Of a DNA stretch of 58,372 nt, positions 26,800 through 38,253 are shown piece by piece. Source of the stretch: Basidiobolus meristosporus CBS 931.73 (Eukaryota > Fungi > Basidiobolomycota); NCBI GenBank assembly GCA_002104905.1, contig MCFE01000557.1:1-58372 (forward strand), given 5' to 3'. Numbering within the stretch: the first letter of the stretch is position 1; every line of letters begins with the position of its first letter. The notes below the pieces were generated by a model. The model saw nothing but the letters and a program-made list of their open reading frames with translations. It searched no databases and was not told the DNA's origin. Position numbers and translations under genes: made by a program.

Positions 26800-29586
26800 T
26801 CATTCCCGGATCCTGCGGACCTTCTGGAGAACCTCCATGGTCCCCTCTTGCGCCAACAGCTTTCTATCTTCGTCCGACATCTCGGCTTGCGGTTGCGCGG
26901 ATTGGGTGAGTTGACCGAGCGTCTCTGGTGACCACTCGAGCCCCTTGAAAATCCCCAAGAGCCTGTGGCCTGGTGTGATGTCGATGGCTAGCAATATGTT
27001 GGTGAAGTACTCGATGTCAGTGGCCAGCTGTTTAGCGCCGAACGGGGAGATTCTTTCTAGGCCAAGGATCATCTCGCACAGTTTGCTCTGGGTGACTTGT
27101 GCCACTGAATTGATCCATCGATGGGTGATCTCGATGCGTCGGTTGGTCTCGTGGATTTGGTCGGACGAGTTCAAAGACAAAAGTCGTGGTCGTGATCCAG
27201 ATACGGATGAGCTGCGGCGTAGTCGGGGGGTATGCGCGTTACTTGAATGATCGGAAGAGACTGTGGAGTATGATCGGGCACGGTTCAACCCTGGGGGGCT
27301 TGATCGTTCACCAGCCGTGCGACTACGAGGGCTGGGTTTATCAGGCGAAAGCTTCGGTGATGATGTGTTGGTTGATGCAGGAGGTGTGGTTTCCGGAGTG
27401 ATGGATTGACTGAACGGTAGAGTATCCAGCGAGAAGCCAAACGAATCATGTCCAGAGTATGTTTCCAGCTGCTGTGGTAACGTCAACAGGTACTCACCGA
27501 TGCGAGTGATGTATATGGATGGTGAAAGACTGAACTTGGGGATTTGAAGACGCAGCGGCGAAGTGGTCCCGCTTTCATTAGAGGTCCAAGAGGGGTTCTT
27601 CTGGAAATCAACAAACTGCCTTTTGATCATGACGTAAAGAATATTAAACAAGTATCTCTGACATTGTTCAGTGAGTTTCTTCGATGCAGCATTAGGCTTC
27701 TCAAACAAGCAGAATGGTTTGCTTTTGACCGTTTCCAGTAGGCTACGCAATTCCAGGCTATTCAGAGTCGACTCTTTGAGCAGCATCAAGGAGGTAACGG
27801 TAATGTCCTGTGTAGGAATTGTGAAGTCGGTAGGGTTCGTTTCATTCACAACTATGAGATGGTCGGCCCCTTTGCCAAACGCCAGCTCTTCCCTGGTGAG
27901 ATTCTCGGTGAAAAGAACGGCTTTTCTGGCGTTGTTCTCTAACTCGGTAATTTGAGCTGCTAATCTCTGGCAAACGCCAATCAACTCCAAGCCAAGTTGG
28001 AATAGCTGCCAATTCACCTCCCGATATTCGTCTCCATCTGCTTCCTCGTCTTCGGTTATCTGTGGCAGTGTGACAGAGTTCTCATCGTTGAACAGGGACG
28101 ATAGCTGGGCACAATAGTTGCTTAACCTAGTTATTAATTTGCAGATATGCTCAGATACTGCCTTGGTCATCCCAACACTAGCAAACCCATGAGTCAAATA
28201 AAGGCACCTCGATAGCGATGCATTAAAGACGTTGAATGCTTTGGCAACAACATCGAGCATGCTACGTATGAGAGAATCGCCTGTTTCTTTCACCGAGTCA
28301 AACTTAAGGAGCTTGTCAAGTGTGATTTCAAGATAGGAGCTTTCGTACTCCGGGTACTTGCACTGATGTGCCAGAAATCCTTCAAAGATAGAATCGCCCC
28401 AATGACTTAGGTCAGTGGTCAAGTTGCCTTGATTCTGTTCGTATAGCTGGTTTAGCAGACGTTCAACATTGCTGCCAAACTTCTCAGACGCCTTAAAGGC
28501 CCTGATGAGCTCGGGTAAAGAGTCAGTCATAGGGCGCTGACCGACCAGTAAATCGACTTGCGAGGGGAACGAAGGCCTCAACGAACGGAAAAGACTGCAG
28601 ATAAGGGCATAAATGACTGAGCCAGGCTTGGGGAAGATCTCTGTACACCAGCCTTTTTCTTGGTTCAACACGATAAAGACTTCTTCGAAAAACTTGGGTA
28701 AAAAGTCTCCCAAGTTGGCGGAGGAGATCTTTGCAGCTGAAAGGTTGCTGCCATCCGGCCTTTCTGCGAATGAGTCTTCCCACTGTTTCGACAAAGAGGC
28801 TGTACGGTGATGAAAGTAGGTCTCCAGGAAAACCTCTTCTTTGTTGATTCGGCTGAAAATGCCGTATAGATCCTTGCAATCCTTAGTTTCTCTACCATCA
28901 ATTGCCGTGCTGAGTAAGGGTTGCAATGCATGCTCCAGCTGAGTCTTCAGGTTTTCCAATAACTTCAGTCTTTCCTCGTATTCATGGGAATCTTGGAACA
29001 TTGCTAGACTATTCTGTGCTTCTTCCAATCGACTGGTGACGTCAAGGTACGCTTTTTTGGCCATCAAGGAGCTAACTTCAGCACCAAGATTATTCCAGGT
29101 TTCTGCTTCGCGCAAGACGTTCTTGGATGCCTCCATTCGAGATTTGATCAGCTCCAGCTTTACCAGATCATACAGCGTATTATCCTCTTTCTGAACCACG
29201 TTCGCCAGCTCTTGATTGATATTGGCGATTTTCCCTTTCGCCGACACCGCCTCTTGCTTGATGATTTCCAGGTCATATATTATTCGGGGCAAATTCTTGG
29301 TGACACTCTCGCACGTTGTCTCGAGTCGTTTGTTCAGCTCATGACTTAGTAGCTGTAGCCTGGTGACATACATAAAGGCCTGCTTTTCCAACGTTGTATT
29401 CAGCGGTTCACCCTCGGTTAACTTCGACTCCTCACTGTCATTACTCAATGCGCTAATCTCTGAGGCGGTATCGTCGGAGTTTCTTTGTTTTAGGATGCGG
29501 GAGGAGTTGTCACTGGATAGTGAGCTGTTGATCCAATCTTTGAGGACAAAATTAGGAGATAGAAAGGCGTTGAAGTTGCCTGACAT
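26800..29586 (-). CDS. COG7: Conserved oligomeric Golgi complex subunit 7, intronless
   Basis: F.SPNFVLKDWIN N-terminus, helical CATCHR-like body, IPKFSLSPSIYITRIGEYLLTLPQQLE, GAKQLATDIEYFTNIL. Confidence 0.85.
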   Translation of the reverse strand: MSGNFNAFLSPNFVLKDWINSSLSSDNSSRILKQRNSDDTASEISALSNDSEESKLTEGEPLNTTLEKQAFMYVTRLQLLSHELNKRLETTCESVTKNLPRIIYDLEIIKQEAVSAKGKIANINQELANVVQKEDNTLYDLVKLELIKSRMEASKNVLREAETWNNLGAEVSSLMAKKAYLDVTSRLEEAQNSLAMFQDSHEYEERLKLLENLKTQLEHALQPLLSTAIDGRETKDCKDLYGIFSRINKEEVFLETYFHHRTASLSKQWEDSFAERPDGSNLSAAKISSANLGDFLPKFFEEVFIVLNQEKGWCTEIFPKPGSVIYALICSLFRSLRPSFPSQVDLLVGQRPMTDSLPELIRAFKASEKFGSNVERLLNQLYEQNQGNLTTDLSHWGDSIFEGFLAHQCKYPEYESSYLEITLDKLLKFDSVKETGDSLIRSMLDVVAKAFNVFNASLSRCLYLTHGFASVGMTKAVSEHICKLITRLSNYCAQLSSLFNDENSVTLPQITEDEEADGDEYREVNWQLFQLGLELIGVCQRLAAQITELENNARKAVLFTENLTREELAFGKGADHLIVVNETNPTDFTIPTQDITVTSLMLLKESTLNSLELRSLLETVKSKPFCLFEKPNAASKKLTEQCQRYLFNILYVMIKRQFVDFQKNPSWTSNESGTTSPLRLQIPKFSLSPSIYITRIGEYLLTLPQQLETYSGHDSFGFSLDTLPFSQSITPETTPPASTNTSSPKLSPDKPSPRSRTAGERSSPPGLNRARSYSTVSSDHSSNAHTPRLRRSSSVSGSRPRLLSLNSSDQIHETNRRIEITHRWINSVAQVTQSKLCEMILGLERISPFGAKQLATDIEYFTNILLAIDITPGHRLLGIFKGLEWSPETLGQLTQSAQPQAEMSDEDRKLLAQEGTMEVLQKVRRIRE

Positions 29587-29953
29587 TGTTCATTCGAAAT
29601 AGAAGCGAAGTGAATAAGTGAACGGAGATGGCCACGAAGTTGTTGGCTCTATGCTAGTCTCGAAAAATGGGATAATTGTGGTTCGAAATAAATGTTGCTT
29701 ATAATCCACATAGGTTAAATTAAGGATTGATACGTCACTGAAATCGGTTCGCCATCATTTATCGTGAAGACAACACTCTCTTGATTAGCACGAGTAACAG
29801 CGCTCAGGTTGACTCAAATGGGATGGATTTATTACTTGGTGTCTCTTTATCTGCTCTCTAGGCTATATGAAGAGAAAACACTACGGTCCTGCCCGGGGGA
29901 ATTATCATTATGGGATCTGGGAGAGTAGCGGGTGTCTATCAGCGGGAGTTGTG

Positions 29954-32807
29954 CTAGGATGGGGTGAATTCAAGCTTAGGTTGTTGGTAGTTTGTATCAC
30001 GGGCTTGAGACACTGCAAAAAATAAGCGGACTGACAAACGTTGGATAATATCCTTGACCTACACAGGATGTCACGGTTAGAAAGACTCGATTGAAGGCGC
30101 GTGATGTGTATCGACTTACTCTGGTCCGGTCCAGGAATGCCGCTTTGGAGTCCACTGTTGCAAATACAATGACGCAAATCTTAGTGACGCTGTGGGAAGA
30201 AAGTTGACATCAACATCACCCTCACCTATCTTGCTATTCAGTCTTCTCAGGAAAGTGGAAATCATTTGAACGGATTTCTATACACAACACATTCAGTCCC
30301 GCACCTATAGCAAGCAATCATGAAAGGTGCACCATACCGGAGATTGTGCCAGTTCGCTTTCGTCGCCAAATATGAAATCCAACAAAATGATGATCAAGTA
30401 CAGCTCTCTATAATTGGTATCTTGATGGATGGTGAATTTCGTGTTGTCAATTATCATTCGAGCCACCTCTCCCCATGTATCGCCTCCCTGCAATGAGGGT
30501 GTACTGGTGCCTTCGGGGTTAAGGGTAAGGCGTAGGAACCTCATCGAAAGCTCTTGACGAAATAGCTTTCCTCTTGTAGAGCACTTGGACAATGTCTCTA
30601 ATAGGCGGATTTGATGTCTTAGTGATCCTTCGAAACATTTGGATGTAAATTCCACTACTTTTTCGCACTAGATTCGCAAGAAAATGTTAAAAGAGCCTCA
30701 CACCACATTGTGCTTCTGGCAATACATACGCCTAAAGGCCATTCCTCCTCGGAATAAAATTCATTGAAGCACTACGTTCAGGCCTGTCTCAATGTCGTAG
30801 AACAAATCAGTCAGTGTATTGTCCAAGAGGAGTATCATCATCAACCGAATCAATCGATGGATCTCTTCTGGGCGATAATGCTTTACTCTAAGTTCAACCC
30901 GGATTAGTACTTGCTCAACTGTAGACAAAGGAAATCCAATAAAATACCCTCGTTTGATTGAATAAACCATTAAACGGATCAAAAGCTGCAGATTGAATAC
31001 TGGAAGTGGTCTGGCTTCGGTCTGGCTTGTCTATGAGAAAGCGTTTAGGATTGAGGAAGTGCAAAGTCATACAACTTGGGGCTTACCTGAACTTGATGTA
31101 CTCTCTGTCTCAAATACAGAGACGGAGCTATCGGTGAATCGAAACCCATCTTCAAGAAGCTCTTGGCTCGCTCCGAATTTTTTGAGGGATTCAATGAAAT
31201 CATCAAATGGTATATGCAAATCCTATTCGATGTCAACAGAATGTAGTATTGAATGGAAAATGGCATTATCTACCGTGACCGACAAAGCGTACATCAGAGT
31301 GGCAGTGGCTGCATCAGCATAACGCGGATCAGCCTCGAATATTGCTAGTGTGGAAGAGCAGATGTTAGGTATATGAGGCAGATGCCGACCATGAGGAATC
31401 TCGAACCGATATCGCGCAGCCAGCTATAAATATCCCTGGGTAATGTTTCCACTGAATCGCAATACAACTGGATCAAGCCACTCTCAAGAAAAACGAGGGT
31501 GGATTCTGGATCTGAACGTCGGCGGGTTAGTATGCAACAAGTATTCATGCTATGGCCTAGCCTGTGGATACCTTTTGCAAATTGGTTGACGACGCGGAAG
31601 AAAGGATGGGTGAGTGGCAACTTGATTCTTGCTTTTGGCAAACTCTAATAGCCTTTAGATTAGTCGCGGTGGATGTATTGGTGGACTGATAATGAAAAAC
31701 ACCTTCGGCCAATCCACAAAGAACAAACACTTGATGTCTTGGTACTCGTTCAAATCGCTAGCTAGAATCTTGAAACGATACCATCGGATCAGGGTCATCC
31801 ATCAAATGGACAAGATTGAAGCACTACCAACCTCCGCTAACCTCATCCCCTTTTCTTCTGGTAAAATCTGCGTGGAAAGCTCGGTAGTATCATACATTGT
31901 GATATCCTCCTCGTGGCTATCTAGTAACTTCAAACGGTTTGAGTTCACGGTGTGTAGAAATGATGAGCCGGGTGCCCTATTTAAACTTTGGTATATTTAC
32001 ACTCTTCTCCTTCAATATTTTGTCGAGGGATTGCAGAGTCAATCCAGTAGAGTCGAGGGAGGCTTTTTCGCTTAACAAACTATTTAATGAGAATCGATAT
32101 GGTTTTGACTCCTCTTTGGCTTCAACTTCATCGTCCACGTTGTCAGGATGTGATTTTTCTTTCCCCCTGCCCTGCTCCGGTAAAGAGCTGCGACGGATTT
32201 CAATTTGGACCCTATATTGCTGATTAACCACATTTCCATGAATGCATACTGGTCTTTGTGATGGAAATGTTCTCACCTTGGTTCATATTTATGGTCTGCA
32301 TGTACATGATTTACGAGCTCATCATCCTCGTCGTCTAAAAACTGTAGTATAGCTTTAGACACAAGTATTGTAACTCAGCTTTATGTGCGCGTCTAACCTC
32401 AGGAATTGCTTCACTGTCACTCAAGTCCGAATCATCACTAAAACGAATAGGCGCGGATTTCGTATTTACTTTCTCCTCTATACACTCAACATTAGCTTTC
32501 GGTATACTCTCCATTACCCTCCCTCTTTACTTACTCCGCTTTGAGCTGGCATTTGACTCAGGAGTACTGATAACAATAGAACGGAATTTAAGCGTTCATT
32601 CGACAAAAATGAAGGACAAATATTAGAACCTAAGTACCTGTCCTCTGTGACTACAGGCACTTTGGCAAAAAAATTGGTGATAAGTGTGTTCCTGTTGCCA
32701 AAAACGAACAAGACGTGACTCGTGAGTGAAAGTTGGTGTTGTTTAATATCGAGTGTTAAACCTTACCCTTCCGGTTTTTTGGCAACGCGGCTTCGAGTAG
32801 AAGACAT
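29954..32807 (-). CDS. Multi-exon gene, tentatively SLF2/Nse6 (FAM178)-like SMC5/6 cofactor
   Basis: Exons with GT-AG ends; basic/acidic disordered N-terminus; helical C-terminus LIRLMMILLLDNTL..DIETGL and FLRRLNSKIV|DSKAAFLDRTR|VKDIIQRLSVRL. Gene is well supported; family call is from memory only. Confidence 0.5.
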
Positions 32808-33169
32808 GTCAAAAGATTTCCTGTGTTCAATTAGTGTGTGTCTTGTTTGGAAGAATTTGGGTTTATTATGCACGTTGCTTCCAGACTATATGTAGATTCG
32901 TGAAGCACTCTATTGTTTCTCTATATGCTACTTGACAATGACCAAGTAGCTGAGACTGAAATGAAAACAAATCACAGCAAGGTAATTATTTTGACTTAAC
33001 TCCACCAGATTGAAATTAAGTAATTTTACTTAATTCTAGCATATCTATAACCGCCCGCGTCACACTTGTCTATTCATATTTTAGATAACTAGCACCTCCC
33101 CAACTTGGGCCGCTTGGCTGTTCCGTAATTAACTTACCTCCCTCGACTCAGACCCCAATATAAAGAAAC

Positions 33170-34474
33170 ATGGCCACTCCGCATACCCAAAGTTCTGATA
33201 AGGACGACCAAATGGTTGGTCTAAAGCTCATGCGACTTTCTAGACCATCTTTGGCTATGGCGCAACCCATATTTTATGAGAATGGCACAGGTACACTTGC
33301 AGAAACTTTACATCAGCTCGCCCTTAACGACCCTACCGTACTGGAGAATAGGTCCAAAGATACCACGGACACCTCCTCGTTGCGACTTCGGGATTTCGGC
33401 TTGAGCGAAACCTTAATTTTACCGAATTCTTGGGGGAGCATTTACCTTGGGGAATTCCTCACCTGCTATCTGTGCCTCAATAACGAGAGCCCACAGCCAG
33501 TTAGAGAGCTCAGCGTCAAGGTTGAGCTTCAAACAACCTCCAAACGGTTCCCCCTAGCTGATACCACCACCTCCCCAGTGGAGAATTTCCTCCCCAACCA
33601 AACTAACGAGCTTGTTGTTCAGCACGAGGTTAAAGAGCTCGGTATCCATATCCTCGTATGTTCAGTACAGTACCTGACACATACCGAAGAAAGGAAATTC
33701 TTCCGAAAGTTTTTCAAATTTCAAATCCAAAACCCCTTGGCTGTCAAGACCAAAGTAAACAATAGTCATGGCGGTAAGATGTTGCTGGAAATCCAGCTAC
33801 AAAATGTGGCAGCAAGTTCCATGCATCTTGAAAACCTGCGCTTCGAACCCTCAGAGCCCTTTAATCACACCGATCTGAACCAAATCCAAGGGGACTCTGA
33901 TCATCAGGGCAACGTGGACCAGCACAGTATTTTTGGCGTAGGAGATATGCTGGCACCTAAAGACATCCGTCAGTACGTCTATATGCTATATCCAAAGTCG
34001 CTGAATGACATTACTGCTCGCACCACAAACGTTCTAGGGAAACTCGATATTGTGTGGCGCTCAGTACTGGGCGAATTCGGACGACTCCAGACTAGCCCGC
34101 TCATGCGTAAACCACCCACGCTCGAGAAGGTCGAGTTGAATGTAATCGAATCACCACTGAATATCTTCTTGGAGGAGCCGTTCCGGATCCGATGCAGACT
34201 TAGCAATCGTACATCGTCCCCCATGCATGTCAACCTAACTACTAACAAGGCGAAGATGGGATCGATCCTCATCACCGGCCATTCGAGTAAATATCTAGGT
34301 GACGTCCCAGCAAATGACTCGGTGGATCTCTCCCTCGACTTCGTCCCACTTGCCCCAGGTCTCCAAAGGATTGGCGGTATTCGGGTGCTGGATACCCTTG
34401 GTGGATACGCCCAAGACTTCGACTACCTGTGGGATGTCTTCGTTTCCTACGAGAAAGACCAGCCGGATAGGTGA
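33170..34474 (+). CDS. TRAPPC13: TRAPP complex subunit 13 (Trs65-related), intronless
   Basis: LKLMRLSRPSL, LILPNSWGSIYLGEFLTCYLCLNN, HEVKELGIHILVCSVQY, FRKFFKFQIQNPLAVKTK, LGKLDIVWRSVLGEFGRLQTS. Confidence 0.92.
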   Translation: MATPHTQSSDKDDQMVGLKLMRLSRPSLAMAQPIFYENGTGTLAETLHQLALNDPTVLENRSKDTTDTSSLRLRDFGLSETLILPNSWGSIYLGEFLTCYLCLNNESPQPVRELSVKVELQTTSKRFPLADTTTSPVENFLPNQTNELVVQHEVKELGIHILVCSVQYLTHTEERKFFRKFFKFQIQNPLAVKTKVNNSHGGKMLLEIQLQNVAASSMHLENLRFEPSEPFNHTDLNQIQGDSDHQGNVDQHSIFGVGDMLAPKDIRQYVYMLYPKSLNDITARTTNVLGKLDIVWRSVLGEFGRLQTSPLMRKPPTLEKVELNVIESPLNIFLEEPFRIRCRLSNRTSSPMHVNLTTNKAKMGSILITGHSSKYLGDVPANDSVDLSLDFVPLAPGLQRIGGIRVLDTLGGYAQDFDYLWDVFVSYEKDQPDR

Positions 34475-34696
34475 GAATCTGCGGCTACCAACAACATAAC
34501 CATACATAGCACACTTATCCCCACGCATCTGTTCACCAATAATAAATAGAAGTCTACGAAAGAATTGAATATTCACTTGAACAAGTCTACTAATACGGTT
34601 TATTTTCGTGCTAAGACAAAGGCATTTGCCAACATACAAATTCCCAATCAAACGAAGAATCGCGTCAAGTGGTGATCATCGTACGAGGCAGAAAAC

Positions 34697-35196
34697 TTAG
34701 GCCTTGACGGCGAACTTGCGTTGAGGGAAGTGGATATCCTTCTTTTGTTGCTTGACAGTCTTGCGGGTGCTCTCGAACTTGGTCAAACGGCGACGAATAG
34801 CACGGGTCTTCTTGTGACGAAGGTCCAAGGGAAGGTACTTGCGGCCCTCTTGTTTGTACAAAAGACGGATGTTTTGACGCTCAGTTTGAGTGATGACGGT
34901 AAGAACACGAGCAATGGACTTGCGGACAGCGTTGCTAATATACAATGATAAATATACTAATCGATGCCACGTAGGATACGCTAGATAGGGGCTTACATGC
35001 GGGTCAACTTGGAGGCAGCGCCACCAGCAACCTTTTGAACTCTCAAGGAAGAAAGTTCTTGCTTGAGCTCGTCAAGTTCTTTCTTGAGTTCGTCCTTGGA
35101 CTTGTTGCGGAGTTCGTGAGCCTTGACTTTAGCCTAATGAAATGTCGTCAGCTTCTGTGTGTGTGGCAGTAAATGTGTAGCATGAAAACTAACCAT
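34697..35196 (-). CDS. RPL35: 60S ribosomal protein uL29 (L35); first exon is ATG only
   Basis: M|[72 protein letters not shown]. Confidence 0.97.
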
Positions 35197-35591
35197 CTTT
35201 GGATGAATGGATACAAAGTCAGCCGATGGATAACGAAGTAAGAGGGGGAACTCTTCTCAGCATGGACTTGATATTTTATGACAGACGATTACTCGGTCCC
35301 CAAAATCAACATCAAAATTGAATGATTTTTTTTTACTTCATCGCCCAGCCTTTAGGCGAGACCATCACGCCAACTGCTCTCTGCTTGATCGTAGCAAAAA
35401 AGAAAAAAATGGACTTGATGTAAATTCCAGGATTTCAGCCAATCATCGGCAAGCCTCCAAGCCCTGGGTATCTGAAGAAAATTTTCCCAAGAGGGATTCG
35501 GGTTCGGCAGGGTAACAAAATACCGCATTTTTCTTGTAGAGTTCCTTCTTTTTTCTCTTTAGCGGAAGCGTTTTTCCATTAATTTTTAATC

Positions 35592-36123
35592 ATGTCTGCT
35601 GAGCAAGTAAGTTGCAAGTGGAAGTTACGTATGTGATGAGGATGCTAACCTCATGTTTCTGCGTACTGCTTAGGTTGAGAGAGCTTTCCAAAAGCAAGTT
35701 GGTATTTTCCAAAACGCCAAGGTTGTCGGTGCCAAGAAGAGCCGCAACCTCCGCTGGTACAAGGATGTTGGTCTTGGCTTCAAGACCCCCAAGGAGGCCA
35801 TTGAAGGTCAATACATTGACAAGAAGTGCCCTTTCACTGGTGATGTCAGCATTCGTGGACGTATTCTCACCGGTGTTGTCATCTCCACCAAGATGAAGAA
35901 CACCCTCATCATCCGTCGTGAATACCTTCACTACATTCCCAAGTACAACCGTTACGAGAAGCGTCACAAGAACCTTGCCGCTCACGTGTCTCCCTGCTTC
36001 CGTGTCGAGAACGGCGATATGGTCACCGTTGGCCAATGCCGTCCCTTGTCCAAGACCGTCCGCTTCAACGTCCTCAAGGTCCAAAAGAAGACCCAAGGCA
36101 GCAAGCAATTCGCCAAGTTCTAG
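35592..36123 (+). CDS. RPS11: 40S ribosomal protein uS17 (S11)
   Basis: MSAEQ|[55 protein letters not shown]. Confidence 0.98.
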
Positions 36124-36320
36124 ATTTGTTCTGTTATAAATAATAAAGCTTGGTTCATTTATATCGCAACTTCCATGGATTTTAACGATGCATACATCAA
36201 CAATCACACCCACATATACACACTCACCCTCAGGTTCAATGCTCAATAGCCGATGATTTATATTGGGATGGTTTAGAGAGTTTTCTTTATATAATAATGA
36301 TGAGACATAGCTTATACAGT

Positions 36321-37886
36321 CTAGTTGTCAGGATCGATGGTAGATCCTCTCTTGATCTTACCCCAACCAATTAAACGCCAATGTTTGTCGATACGTCTGC
36401 TCAAAGCGATCTTCTCGCCAACTTCCGTACAGGCGGGATGGGTCAACATGATCTTGGCCAAATCACCCTTGACGCCCAAGACACGGCCACCGGAAGAGGT
36501 GGAGCCAATGTTTACCATGAGCACCTCACCCTTGGTAAGCTTTTGCACCTTGGTTTGCTTCTTGTCGTCAGTCTTGACACCAAGAAGACGTCTGAGAAGG
36601 AAGTAATTGATCTCGAGCTCGTAGTAGATGGCAGGGAGCTTGCCCACGGAGCCCAAAACCTGACCGACCAAACGATCGGCTCTGCATAGAGTGGGATCAA
36701 CCTTGGTACCAACACCGATCAACCCTCCGGGAACGGCGAATTTCAAGTCGTTTTGTTCGGCGAAAAGAGTGATGATCTTGGAGAGAATGGGCTTGCACAC
36801 CATTCTACCCTCGCTGTCCTTGGAGACAATACCGGGTCTGATTTCAATCTCGTCTCCGATCTTCAAAACACCATTGAGAATGGAACCACCAGCAACACCA
36901 CCCTTGAGGTCGTCAACCTCGGAACCGGGCTTGTTGACATCGAAGGATCTAATAACAATCATGCGTGGGTCAGTGGTGAAATCACGAATGGGGACCGGGA
37001 TCTTCTTGACGATGTATTCGTTGATGGCATCAATGTTGTATTTGAGCTGGGCTGAGATGGGAACGATGGGGGCACCATCGGCAACAGTACCCTTGACGAA
37101 CTGAAGAATGCTCTGGTAATGCTCTTCGGCGGCACTTTCTTTGATCAAATCGACCTTGTTTTGGAGGATGATGATGTGCTTCAACTTCATAATTTCGATA
37201 GCAGCCAAATGCTCACTAGTCTGAGGTTGAGGGCAAGATTCGTTACCGGCAATAAGAAGCAAGGCTGCGTCCATTACAGCGGCACCGTTTAACATAGTGG
37301 CCATAAGAATGTCGTGACCAGGGCAATCGACAAAGGAAACGTGACGAAGGAGCTTCATCATGCCTCCGCAGAATGGACGTTCGCAAGGGAAAGTCTCTTC
37401 TTTGTCACTACGGTAAGATCTATAACAACCAGGTCTGGGGCAATCCTCATTGTCACACTTGTAAACCTATTTTTACCGGGAAAAATGATTTAGAACGAGC
37501 AAACATAGGATGCTCTTAAAGGAAGGCTCTTTTACCTTGGCATTGGCATAACCCAACTTGATGGTAATGTTACGCTCGAGTTCATTCTTGAAACGAACGG
37601 TCTGTTTGATGATGAAAGTGTTAGGAAAGAAAAGGGCAAGCTAGTTATGACGGATATATGTACCTGTACACCGGAGATGGCCTTGACAACGGTAGATTTA
37701 CCGTGAGCTACGTGGCCAATGGTACCTGTAAAATGCAGGAAAAAGTAGTTGAGCAAGTCATGTTCAAGTCTACGAAAGACGGTGGGTAAAAATACCAATA
37801 TTGATGGTAGCTTGGCGGGAGATGACCTCTGGGGAGAGGGGATTGAGAGTAGTCAGATCTATCTGGACAGCTTCAGTTTGAGCCAT
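36321..37886 (-). CDS. GCD11: Translation initiation factor eIF2 gamma
   Basis: QATINI|[73 protein letters not shown]. Confidence 0.97.
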
Positions 37887-38253
37887 GTTGAATTACTCCT
37901 AACAACAAACCAAATCTATGGCGAAAGGAAGAGAAAGACAGGAAGCTGAAAAAAGACTTTTTTTCCTAGAGGAACTCTCAGCAGGGATCCCACTAAGTAG
38001 CTTTGATCAAATCAACAAAATTAATGAATTTGGAAGTAAAAAAAAATCCCATTCAACATATCAATTAACGAAAGTGACTTATTAGGTGACGTACTCATGG
38101 GTTGGTAAATCAAAATTGCTTTTTGTTGCTTTGAAATTTTTCTCGTTTTTTTCCATCTACTCAATCCTTACTCAGTAGCATGTTTATTGTGGAGAGTGCT
38201 TACTAATTCTACATAATTTATGAGGAGATCGGGGCCAACATCCGGCGATATGC

